From: Pelomyxa schiedti
Lineage: Eukaryota; Protista; Evosea
Assembly: GCA_020536535.1 (NCBI GenBank)
Contig: JAHLWZ010000986.1
Span: 1 to 33,023, forward strand
Length of the DNA stretch: 33,023 nt
Reading direction: 5' to 3'
Part shown: piece after piece, positions 1 to 11,519 of the stretch
Layout: the number at the start of each line of letters is the position of its first letter
How positions within the stretch are numbered: the stretch's first letter is position 1
Notes under the pieces: generated by a model
Told to the model about the DNA's origin: nothing
The model's input: only the letters and a program-made list of their open reading frames with translations
Database searches by the model: none
Translations under genes and position numbers: made by a program

Positions 1-33
1 AAATACAAAAAAAAAAAAAAAAAAAAAAAGCAC

Positions 34-179
34 CATAGAGCTGCTGAAGACCCCACGGCATTCCAAAGTCGACAAACTTGACAAGCCATCAGCAACGTCT
101 CCGGTGAATCTAACAGATACCCACCCGTCAACACTTCCTCCACAACAAATCTCGGCACCACCCCCACTTCGTCATCCAT
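34..179 (-). CDS. F-box protein, first exon (gene continues beyond the left edge)
   Basis: Not in the ORF track. ATG at 179 on the minus strand gives MDDEVGVVPRFVVEEVLTGGYLLDSPETLLMACQVCRLWNAVGSSAAL(W), matching the F-box pattern P..V..E.L..YL....LL...QVCR.W..V.....LW. A GT donor at 33 is followed by a poly-T intron. Confidence 0.75.
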
Positions 180-239
180 CACGCTTCGTTACTTGAACGA
201 ACAATAGAAAAATTAGAGGAAATTAGAACCACAGAAAGT
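180..239. promoter_or_regulatory. Putative 60-bp bidirectional promoter
   Basis: Only 60 bp separate the divergent ATGs at 179 (-) and 240 (+). Function is inferred from geometry. Confidence 0.45.
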
Positions 240-3200
240 ATGGACGATGGGGCTGGAATAGAACTGGACGAAGTGCCCGCGGCCACGAGACGCAGGGAGC
301 CTGAGCGTGTTGGCGTACCCGGGGTACGAGGGCGAGTGGAAGCACTTATGGGAGGCAGGGGCGTCCGGGAACTGGTGTCTATGGGACTAAAGTGGATGGC
401 GTCGACGGCGTTGTTGTGGTTGCACTTCTGCAAACAGACCTGGGTGCAAATAAAAACCAACAAGGCACGCATTTGGCATCACTTCCCTGCTCCGTTTTGT
501 TGTTGAGAGGCTGCCATTTCTTTTATATTATTACTTATTGCCATTTGTTGTCGTTTCGTGTTTTGCATACAATCCTGCTTCAAGTAAGAAAAAATTCACA
601 AATAAATGCCACCCAGGCCAACTACACAATTGGATTTTTGGCTTGCTTTGTTGTTGTTACAGTGGTGGCAATACTATTGTCAGTAGTCACAAATGCTCCT
701 GTTATATACCTTCGTTTATCTGAATTACAAGATGGTGAAAAGGATGTTGTTTTAGAGTATGTCTGGTTCAACCCTTTTACTTCCTTTGACAGCTACAATC
801 AGGATAAACACTGACACTGGTTATACTCTTCTCAATTTTTCAATGGCACGTTCTGTTCTTGCTACTGATGAAGGGTTCAATTACACTACCCCAAGGCAAG
901 CCTACTGAGTCTTCAATAAATTTACTCCATTTGCAGATGGGAGTTATCTGGGCGCATTGTCCATTCCAACTCATGCCCTCCTGGACTCGATCTTGCAGAC
1001 CCATATTGGAAGTACCATGGTTCTTTTTCACGACTGTAGTTTTAAGTGTACTGATGCATTATCAAAGGTGTTGAAACAGACCCTTCTATTGGCTATTGTG
1101 AAGACCCAGATACATGCCTCCAGTATTTCTTTTTTGATAGAGGGGGTGGGGCTTCCAATGCAATCTTATTATACAAGAACCATATGTCCTGGTACACTTG
1201 AGTCCAATGACTTACTGGTAATCGATTCCGATCGGGAGCATGAAATATTGCTTGGACGAGCTTGGGACTTGCCAAAGTTGGAAAGGGGTAATTGCTATTT
1301 GAAAAGTACCCTCGCGAGATCTCTTCACGCACAAGTGGGAGATGTGATGCTTGTTGGTGTTACTGTGACTCAAACGGGACTAATTAGTTTAATGAATGCC
1401 GTAATGCATGGCTCTTACACCACTCTGAATTCCACAGTGGCTTGGATGCCTTTTACTGTGGCGGCAATTTATGATAAACCCAAGGTGTACCCTCACTTGA
1501 TTGATTCCTAGTTTAACTGTGTTCAGGGTAAACATGCTGCCCAGTCAGATATTGCTTTGATCGTGGAATATGAATGTATTACATTACCACCTATTGCCAT
1601 GCAATTGACCTAACTGCAACTAAAGATTTTATCTCATACCTTGGGCAGCAAATGGATCCATGGGATGAAGAGTTACGAAACTACATCACACAGGTTTGAG
1701 GTTTCTCAGTGAATGGGTTTTGGTTGTAAATTGAAAAAAAAAGGTTGATCTATACCAACACGCAAGGAGTATGGTTGTGAATCTGCCTCCTCCCCGTGTT
1801 TCTGCTTATATGAGCTCCAATGTTGACGTTGTTCAATCTCGGGTTATTAAATTTGCGTCTGAGGTACTTTTTCCCCTCTCTTTTCGGAGTTTTACCATAT
1901 TAGGTCGCTTACAGAGCAGGGTTCAATAATATCGATGTGTCACTCCCAGTTTTGGATAGCATTATTAACTTCAGTTTTGTCACCTTGTTTCTTGGGCTCC
2001 TCATCAATATATCTATTGTCATTCTTGTACTGTTCAGTTGGACATTAATGCCTCACTCTAACCTCAATCAGTTATTTCTGTCAGTAATTCTTATTTACTC
2101 TCTCTTAATGATCAATGTTGAGACACGTACATTTGAGATGGGTGTCATGCGCACTCTTGGTACTTCCAAACTTGGTGTTATTGGGCTGATGATCACTCAG
2201 GTAACCTCTTTATTGTGTAGTATTAAGATAGACGAACCTTAGGCTATGGCCTATGCTTTACCCTCTTGGATTCTCGGAATGTGCTTTGCACAACTAGTTG
2301 AAGTTTTCATTGCTAAGGCATTTGAAGCACTTACAGCAGTAATCAGAAAATAAATGAGTTTCTTCTTTCTAACCATGCCATTAAGGTTCCATTGAGTAAA
2401 CTACTATCTCCAAATGCTGTTGGGATAGCAACTCTGCTCGGCTTTCTCATTCCTATTTTATCATCCATTCTTCCTATACGGTAACTAATTTATTCTTCAT
2501 ACTTTCAATTCTTTTATTCCCACAGAACTGCATTAACACAAGAGCTTCAGGAGTCACTCGATACAAGACGCTCCAAGACTCAAGTGTGTGGGAACTTCCC
2601 TTCGATTTGGGTGTAACTAAAACAGGCTGTTCAAATCACCATGGAGCGTGCAGAACCTGGGAAAATCAATTGGACCCTTATTCTCGTAGGAATGGTACTT
2701 ACTGTTTTTGGGTGTGCCCTCCTGACCTTTTTTTTTTTTTTGCCAAATCTATGTCTCAACACTCAAAGGTTTGGAATCTACTATGTGCTTCCGTCAAGCC
2801 TTCTGGCCAATAACTTCCAAGTGATGCTAAATATGTTCTTTTTATTAATTATGTCCATGCTTCTTGGTCTTGTACTATTGTCATTGAGTCTCGGTAAGGC
2901 TCATAACTTTTGTACAAGTCTGTAATTCTTATCTCAGAGACTTTGCTTGAGAAAATATTTTGTTGGCTCTTCTTTTTCTGGGACCACACAGCAATTGTTC
3001 ATAGTATTTTCCTTTCTCATACTGCTCATCCACTGACTACTGCAGTTTTAATGAAAAATTTAATTGCCCATAAACTGAGGTACAAATAAGAAAGGTAAAT
3101 CCAAAATTTGAAAGGATAGTAGGAACCGCAAGACAACAATTATGTACTCTGTGTCATTGAGCTTCATTATTTTTATTTTTGTTGCATACAATATGCAGGT

Positions 3201-4861
3201 TCTTTAAAAATTGGACTGGTGCACCCTAAAATTTGAAAATAGGTTTCCTCTTTCCAGTACTCCCTTCTGCAAGATGCCGGTGCTCCTGTTGTAGTTTATG
3301 CAAGGGGGAGCTCCAATTTATTACCGGTACCAAATCAACATCACTCTTTTGTTTCTACTGAAAAAAATTATAGCTGGCTCAATCCTTAGAAGGAGCGGCA
3401 GCTGCAGATCCCAGAATCCAAGGGTATACTTGGAAAACTAGAAACCTGGCGGAGATAACCGGAATGGGCCTGGGAGTCAGCAACTTGGGTACACAAACAA
3501 CTACTGACTTGGCAGCACATAACCCCCTCTAGGGCATATTTATAGTGCGTCTAATACCATATATGGGTTGTCGCCGAATTTTTTCAATGTTTCTCTTCCC
3601 AGCTTCCTGAAGGTTCGGAAACATAACTGCCCTATTTGTTAAGTACTTTTTCGAAGGTTTCAGAACAATTGTATGATCCCTCAGTTCCAAGCAATGCCAT
3701 CCCATCTGAAAGGGTTTATACCTTGGTGTGTTTACTCTTGAGACAACTACTGCTTACATAGTGGAAGGATGGTAGCCGCTCGACAGTGCTTGGTTCCACA
3801 TACAAGAAGTATCTTGGGGTAAAACCTGGAGACCACTTTTTAATGACCTTTAGTGATAAGTACTCAGTACTCTAAAAAACCCAGGTCACTTACACACTCT
3901 CAGTGCCCCCCTCATAACCAAGGTCGCACAATTTTTGGATAGTGCACCCTCATTTGTTTTTTCCAAATTTCCCTCAACAACCGACCAAGTAAGCATCCAC
4001 TCCAGTCCATAGCCGACCTATCACTATAGGATACATTTATTTCGTTTCCTTCGTATCTCAGGATGTCCAATGGTGGCATCCCATCTATGAAGCAACTACC
4101 ACTACGAGAATTTTTAATCAAAGTGAAGCCTGATACACCTTACTCACAGTTTGATGATATAATTGTAACTTCCTATCCACCCAAAAGCCAAATTCACTCA
4201 CTAACAGGATGGATTGTGGAGTGCCGCAGTTTCAACCCCAAATACCGTACCCCCGAGTATATGGGATTTCAGAGATGAGATGGAACCTTTTGTTGTAGCT
4301 GCACAGATCATGACCTTATTCTTCGTGTGTAGGACTTGGTACATCGAAAATTTGAAGCACTTACCACCACAAGTTATTCATGACAGCAATTGCCATGACA
4401 ACCTCATTCTTTTCACTAATTTCGAGTATGTTTGCAAACATTTACGAACAGACAAAAGAAATTGGTGTATTGAGAGCAGTTGGACTCTCCAAGTCCTGGT
4501 TGTATGTTCCTTACTTTGAGTAAAAGCCATAATTTTTTTTCCCCACTACAGGAGTAGAGTATACATCTACGAGGCATTTATTGTAGTCTTTTCCTCCTCA
4601 TTTTTTGGTCTCCTTATTGGAACCGCTGTTGGGTAGAGCTGAATTATACCAGCCTAATTAACTAAAACTCAAATGAATAGGTGGACAATGACCCTGCAAC
4701 AGCTTTTATTTACACAACTGCCGATCCCATTTATTTTCCCCTGGCAGATTTTGCTTGTTGTTTTTGTACTGTCTGTAGTATTTGCGCTGCTGTCTGCACT
4801 TGGCCCAGTCCGCAGAGTTATTTCAAGACCTGTTGTTCATATTCTCCGCATGTTGACCTAA
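240..4861 (+). CDS. FtsX/MacB-like (DUF214) ABC transporter permease, about 29 introns
   Basis: Manual splicing gives one continuous multi-TM protein with two FtsX-domain signatures: INVETRTFEMGVMRTLG (about 2110-2160) and NIYEQTKEIGVLRAVG (about 4437-4485). It also contains KNLIAHKLRNRKTTIMYS and ends PVVHILRMLT* at 4861. The start at 240 needs a GC-AG first intron; an alternative start in ORF 392 is possible. Confidence 0.85.
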
Positions 4862-4921
4862 TTGTGGGTGTGGAAGTCAGAGAGGAAAAAATAGATTTTT
4901 TCACCTTCAATTCAGATGGAA

Positions 4922-6428
4922 TCATTCATTGTTTTTTATTTCTGTGACAAGGGAATCGAGTTGTTGGGCCAAGCTTGCTTGTTTTGCATTCAGTTCTGAT
5001 TTTTCGTTTGGGTTTAAGTGAAGCCCACAATTGGGAAACAAAACCTGCTCCACGTTGATTTTGGTCTTGCATTGTGGTTTGCATTGCCGAAAGTGCGTTG
5101 CTGAGTGCATCAATCATCCCAGCAGTGGAGCTCTCTTGGTAACACAGTTTGTCATTAAGAAAAGCAATTTGGACAAGTGTCTGGAAGAACAGTTAGTCCC
5201 AAAAGGAAAAGGAAAAGTGTAAGAGGGGAATGGCAATACTTTCTTTTGTTCCAAACTATCAGCAGCATCACTGGCTAAAAGGTGTTAAAAATGTATAGGT
5301 ATAAAACTGGAGGCTGTACAAGGATTCGCTATTTTTACAGAGAGTGCCATAAGTGCTTTAGACAGCTCTTCAATTTGAGTGCGTGGGTCAGTAGCATTTA
5401 CTTCAGACCAAACTGTGATGCCCACACGCTTTTTTGCATCCTGCTTGATCTTTTCATATTTTTGAATCTGTTCTTTTTTGTTGTTTTTAGCCAAGAATAA
5501 CCAGTAAGATATTCATGTATCTACCTTCAAGATCAGACTTGCTTATTTGCAGGGATGTCATTTGATGCTCAAGATATGAAACTTGGCTCCTCAACTCCTG
5601 AAGTGTAGGTTCCATACTTCTAAGTTTTTCTTTGAATGAAACAGTGTTGGTAACTAATTTTCTTCTCCTAACACTGAAGAGCAGGCCACCAACCTTTCAA
5701 TTCAGCTATCTGCTCTTGCTTCTTACGGAACATTTCTTTTGCTTCAGAATCATCACTCCCCCTTTGATGTTTTTGGTTTTTAGTTTGTCGACAGGTTTTT
5801 TTGCAGTAGAAAAAATGACACCAAAAAAAAAAAAAAAAACCTGGGCAACATACTTTGGCATAGACTTGAGTGCAGTGTCCGCACCACCGTGGGCAGGTGA
5901 ATGGGGGGGAGTCGTGGGCGGAGCAGTCGACGCGGACAGCTGCACCCTCCCAGAGGGCTTTATCACCATCCCCCTCTGCAGCTGCTGCTGCCTCTGCTGC
6001 TCGTCCTCCTCCCCGCCGCCACCACGCCTTCCTCCTCCCCCTCCCACACCGCCACCACCGCCTCCCGACTTGCGCCCCCCGTGCTCGTGGCCGTGCTCGT
6101 GCTCGTGCCTGCTGTCCCCGCGGCTCCCGCTGCTGCCCCGGCTGTTGTCGTGCCTGTCGTCGTCGTCCCCGCCGCCGCCCCCGCTGCTGCCGCCGCTGCT
6201 CCCCCCGCCCGACGCGGCGATCACCTCGGCGATGGTGGGGCAGGTGCCCCCGACGCTGTTGGAGCGCAGCCGCGAGGCCCGCGAGTGGCGCATGTGTGGC
6301 AGGTGCGAGGTTATGGACGAGCCCTTGCTCGGTGTCGCGGGAGGCGTGGTCGCGCCAGGCGTAGGCGACGGCGGCGCCTCGCCCCCTCGCGCCGCTGCGG
6401 CTGCCGCAGCCGCCTTCTTCTTGCCCAT
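4922..6428 (-). CDS. Hypothetical protein: low-complexity N-terminus and coiled-coil C-terminus, multi-exon
   Basis: GC-rich first exon MGKKKAAAAAAAARGG..., then GT-AG-bounded exons with heptad-like text (EQIQKYEKIKQDAKK; ELNAKQASLAQQLDSLVTEIKNNE*). No family recognised. Confidence 0.65.
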
Positions 6429-6745
6429 TTCGTTTGCGGATATTTTCGACCTTCTGGAAACGAGTTCGGCTAAAAACGAAAGGTGGCCCTTGGGGCTTCC
6501 TGTTGGTTTCTGACAATGGTCGGTCAGACGGAATCAGAGAGAAACGAGTTGAATGACATTGGGTGAGTCTGCTTATGCTGCATACCTCCCAAAAAGTCTA
6601 GTTCTGAACTGTTGCAGATCTCAAATGGCGGTTTGTCCACCAGGTGGACGTTTTTTTCTTCGATCTGGGCCTGCCCCATAAAGCACATCAAAGAAAATAA
6701 GCAGAGTTCTCTCTCAACTTATCAAACCCAATTATTAATTTAACC

Positions 6746-9700
6746 ATGTTGATACGGCGTACCAACAGCTCGATCGAAGCTAAACGCTCCCACTCCACAT
6801 CATCCCCAAGCAAAAATACAAGCCAAGATCCATATCCCGACGACACACACACGAGATCCACGTACGAAGAAACCGTACTCTGTAAATCCGACACTCCGGC
6901 GGACGGCGTCGACGAGGTGCCATTAAAACTTACCGACCCACCGTCGTCCTACGGCGACGCGTCGCCCGCAAACACGACCACGAACGCATCGCAACAAGCT
7001 CCCGCAAACGCGACGACGACAGCGTCAACGACAACGACAACGACGGCGTCTTCTTCTTCGGCAGTCGTAGTCGCTGTCACTAACCCCTCGCCGGCCGCCT
7101 CGCCCTCGCTCTCGTCCACTTCGGCCTCTTCATCGTCGCCGGTTGGCGCGCTGGCTACGAGCAGCCCGCCTCCGGCTCCGGCGCCGCCGCCTACGACTAC
7201 GAAAAATGACTCTAAGTGGGTGGCCTCGCGGAGGCCGCGGACGCGCTCTACGTCGCTACCTTCTTTGCAGGCGAGCTTGCTGTCTCGCGCGTGGGTGACT
7301 GACTCTTTGGACTTGGATGGCAGAACCAGTGAAAGTGCTGATGAACTGCAAGTACAGTCGATTGATGTCACCACATTTGACGAACCTTGTGGATCGGACG
7401 ATTTAATTGACCTGGGCACTGCCCCGCACCCAAACGACGGTGCTACCGGCATTCAGTGTGTGGCCGAGTCCGTTTTGCCTGGAGTGTGCCTTCCAAGTAA
7501 GCCCGCACCTAAACCACCAGGTCCCACTCTGCCATTGGTTCCTGCTCCCCTGCCCCCAGGAATGCACCCACTAGCACCTCCACCTCCAGCTCCCACGCAC
7601 CCTGCACCTTCCCCTCCTGCGGAGGCTTTGGAATCATCAACCTCTGTGCCTTTGCCTCCCTCTCCGACTCGTTCCGCCTCTACATCACCAAGACCCTCCA
7701 CAGGCTCACCTGTTTCAACAACCGGCTCATCTGTTCCTGTATTATCAATGTCTTCCTCATCGGTGCCTATATCAGGCGACCCACCCAAGCTGTCCAAATT
7801 CGAAGCCAGGTTGCCTCATACTTTCTATCCAAGTCCATGTGAATAATGAACTTGATCAAAAAGAGTTGCAATGTTCAAAGGAGTTGCTTCAGCACCAATT
7901 TGTGATTTGCAGAAACTGCGTGCCCTAGCATTTTCTGGTATTTGGATTCGTTCTTGGGTTTTTTTCTGATATCTAGTAGGCATACCTGACAGTGTCCCTG
8001 GCATTCGCTCCACTTTCTGGAAAGTAAGTCCAACAAATTTCAAAACTCTTCTCACAAGTTCAGTTACTTCTGAATTACCTCCCAGTACAACTTTCAGAAA
8101 GGGAAACAAAAGTCTTGAATTGCAGGAAGCAATATTGGGAATTGTTTCACGAATTGATTGTTCACCCTGAGTCTACACTAGATCAGATACAAAGAAATAA
8201 AAGACACCCTGTAAGAGTACCAGAAAACATGACGGTATAATAAAGTTTCCCTTCTGGCCAACGATTAATACGTACCAGAAAACACCTGTATTCGAAGTTG
8301 GATCCAAACACGGTTCACCTGATGTATGCTCTTCTACTGTGCAGATCTATTCTCACTGTACTTTTCTTGAACAGCAAAGCATAGCAGCACAAAGTACCTG
8401 GAAACAGTTGTTCACACATAATGAAACGTGGGAGCAAATTGATAAAGATGTAAAAAGAACACTTCCCGATATGCACTTCTTCGAAAATGTTCCGCCTCTT
8501 TATTCCACTACATTTTTGTAAGCCATTAAATAGGTAGAACTGCATCAATCACTCCAGCATATTCTGTTCATTTATGCCAAATTAAATCCCAGAGTTTCCT
8601 ACGTCCAAGGTTTTTTACAAAATTTTTTCCTTTACTAAGAACTTGTCAGGAATGAATGAAATTGCTGGTCGAATTTTTTATGTATTTGCAAGCGATCGGG
8701 ACCCAGATACTAGAGGTATTTCTACAACAAAACACAGTGTTTAATCTATGTTTTATTTTTCCCTTCGAAAAGATAATGCAGAAGCTGATGCATTTTTCTG
8801 CTTTACCAACCTCATGACTGAAATCCTTGAGTTTTTCACAAAGACTTTGGATGGCGACTGTGCCGGGGTAGAGGGATGGATCGTTAAGCTAGATACTATG
8901 TTACTAAAGAGAGATCCGGTATTATGGCATGACTTGCAAAATAAAGGAGTTGACCCGCATTTCTATGGTTTCAGGTAAGAAACTTCAATTGCATCACATT
9001 TAACCCTTCGTCTTCGAGATGGATTACACTATTGCTTTCACAGGAGTTTGAGCTCCCTGATGTTTTGCGATTATGGGACTCCTTCTTATCTGATGAAAAG
9101 AGATTCTCTTTTGTAATTTACTTTTGCTGTGCAATGTTGTTGTGAGCATATCTTCTCTGTTCCTGCCCTTTATCGACCTTGTTCCAGAGCTGTACGTGAG
9201 CGTTTGCTTAGTGAAGCGTTTGCAGAAAATGTGCATTTACTGCAGGTTTTTCCCATTCACATACTGGAAGAATGCACTCTAACTATTTAATGGATGTCAG
9301 TTTAGAATTATCCTATCATTGGATTTGATAAGCTCTTTGAACTAGCTGCTGCATTAAGGGACACACCCATCCGATTTTCTGATGGTGACGACGAAGAAAC
9401 AGATTCGGATGATCCTCAGGTTTTTCTGCTCCTTTTCGAACGACCTGCAGTAAGCAATTAAAAAAGGGAAAGAAAAAGAGGTTGAATCCTCTTGCTCTTC
9501 TAGACACTTCTACTCTCCATAAGTCAAAGAACCGGCTGCAAAAGACCTTGCGAACTATTCACCACAAAACCGTACTCGTCACGAGTGGTGCTTCCTCATC
9601 CCCCAGTCCAGACACAACCGCCACGTCTCCCTCATTCACTCCCGACCCTCCACCGGCACCGCCTCCACCACCTCCACTCACATTACACAAACCAAACTTA

Positions 9701-9874
9701 CTGGAGTTTGATTTGTTTGATGGCACAGATGAATTGGATGGTAAGCTTGTTAACTCATTCACACTGCCCTAACTCCACATAGAATATCTCAACACACAGA
9801 AAACAAGTGCAAGAACTACATGGTGCAGTGGTGCACGGCCCATCTTGGAGGAGAAGAAAAAATCCTTCCTGTGA
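6746..9874 (+). CDS. TBC-domain Rab GTPase-activating protein, TBC1D13-like
   Basis: The spliced product has LRALAFSGIPD..RSTFWKLLLNYLP, the Arg finger IDKDVKRT, the Gln finger YVQGMNE, EADAFFCFTNLM and FRWITLLLSQEFELPDVLRLWDS. It has a long Pro/Ser/Thr-rich N-terminus and stops at TGA 9872-9874. Confidence 0.9.
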
Positions 9875-10118
9875 ATGGAATGATGTTGTACTTGGGTTTG
9901 TAATTTAACCTTTTTTTTTTTTTTTTGTCTTGCAGACACTTTTTTTTTCCTAAAAGAACAACAGCGTACTTACAGAGAAAACCAACTTCGGACATTTCTT
10001 TTCTCCAAAACTTATCTGAAAAGAAAAGCGTCTGAGTATTGTACGTTCAAAATCAAACGAAATGCACTGGGCGCCCATTTGATAATCTTGTTTTGTGGAC
10101 AATCTTCTAGATAATAAT

Positions 10119-11054
10119 CCCTTCTTTTCATCCGAGTGTCGCTGGCGCCACTCAGTATTCTCCTGCGCGCCTTTCCGTGGAGTGTGGTCCCAACCACCAC
10201 CACCACCACAGAGGTTGCACCTTTACCGCCCATCCAGGCAACAAGTTCTGCCGCAGCACCCCTGTCATCATCCATCCCTGTTGCTGCTGTAGAACCAATA
10301 CCGACGATCCCCCTTGTTGTGGTTGGCGCCTACTTCCACGGTGAGGTTGATCCACAGAGGGCGATGACGTACACTCCCACTTGTGTGGAGTACTTCAGAG
10401 GGTGGTACGATTCTCTCCACCAGCGGGGAATCCACGGCTGGACGAGACTGGGGTGAGGCAGATGGAGACCGACACGTTCAAGTTTGTGCTGGTGGACAAG
10501 TCACAGTACAGTACGAAGATGCACCCAAACGAGTGGAGGATGCTTGCCCTCCTGGATTTGGTGCGGAACCACAGTGAGTGGGAGTACGTGATGTCCACTG
10601 ATGTTCGGGATGTGAGGTTCAACAGAAACCCAGTCGAGATGATGCGGAACATCACTGGCCGGGACATATTCTTCTCGTGGGAGGTGAACCCAGCATGGGC
10701 AAAACGTGGAAGGGGTGCGAAGAGATTGGCAGGACTGACGAACAGAAGAAGCTGTACTCCTGTGCAGTGTTTGGTGGAAAGCGGGAAGCGATGATTCTAC
10801 ACCTGGAAATGGTGGCACAACATCTGATCAGGATGGCAGAGCACACTGGAAACTCCACCAAGGAAGTCTGTGACATGATGGCACACAACATACCCATCCA
10901 CGATTTTTGGATGGGAAACTCAACTGTGCACCAGGGGAGAATGTGGGACGGGGATGACAGTCACCCTTTGTTCAGTATCAACTTGACCCCTGATCAGGAG
11001 CAGAGATACTCTGTTGTCCATAAAAGAAGACGATCACTGGCCTGCCCTAAATAG
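10119..11054 (+). pseudogene. Glycosyltransferase-like pseudogene (copy A of 21211-22194)
   Basis: Near-identical to 21211-22100 over long stretches. It lacks the ATG (homology begins at ccttcttttcatc) and has a 19-nt deletion at about 10437 and a 10-nt deletion at about 10698, both frameshifting. Confidence 0.85.
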
Positions 11055-11272
11055 TACTTAATTTTATTTCACTGCACCACTCAATACTTTCTCTCTTTGT
11101 TGTTGTATTGACATCGCCACCGAGAGTTACAAGAGACGAAGATGATATTGTAGTACTAGTAGTTGGTGCCGTCGTTCATCGCCGAATGTTCAAAGTGTGG
11201 CCACAAGGCTGGGGCGTTTAGTGGAGAGAGGGATGTCGTTTGTACCTCCTGAGCCCGATTTAAAACAGTTTC

Positions 11273-11362
11273 TGGCTGAATAAAATAATCAACAGACCGG
11301 AACGCTGTACTTTCGTTATCAGCGCTCAGGATCGGTGGTCTGGTGTTTTTTGTATTCAGCCA
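11273..11362. repeat. 90-nt terminal-inverted-repeat hairpin element, copy 1
   Basis: Terminal IR tggctgaata...tattcagcca with inner stems cagacc/ggtctg and gaacgctg/cagcgctc. A second copy lies at 22375-22465. Confidence 0.8.
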
Positions 11363-11519
11363 GTTGGTGAGATTTGGAAGCACAAGTTTTTCATTTTCCC
11401 GTCGAGGGCAGAAAGTTGCTTTCTTCGACTGGGGATTCAAGTATCTGCCAGTTCGACAATTCACTTTGCTCAGTGTGTTTGAGCAAAACAAAGACCATCA
11501 GGTTTTGTGAATCAAATCG

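Noticed and set aside
1-30. Poly-A tract as a retrocopy tail
   Set aside because: It is the T-rich start of the F-box first intron on the minus strand. Similar tracts occur in other introns (about 5823, 27675).
5632-6516. Long overlapping ORFs (5632-6513+, 5668-6516-, 5870+, 5901+)
   Set aside because: These are shadow ORFs of a GC-rich low-complexity exon. Only the minus frame from ATG 6428 splices into downstream exons.
6949-7797. Antisense ORFs in the RabGAP first exon
   Set aside because: They arise from stop-codon scarcity in GC-rich Pro/Ser/Thr coding sequence.
11295-11345. Hammerhead ribozyme or SECIS reading of the hairpin (minus strand ctgataacgaaag)
   Set aside because: There is no stem II between CUGA and GAAA, CUGA is not conserved in copy 2, and the upstream GT gene has no in-frame UGA.
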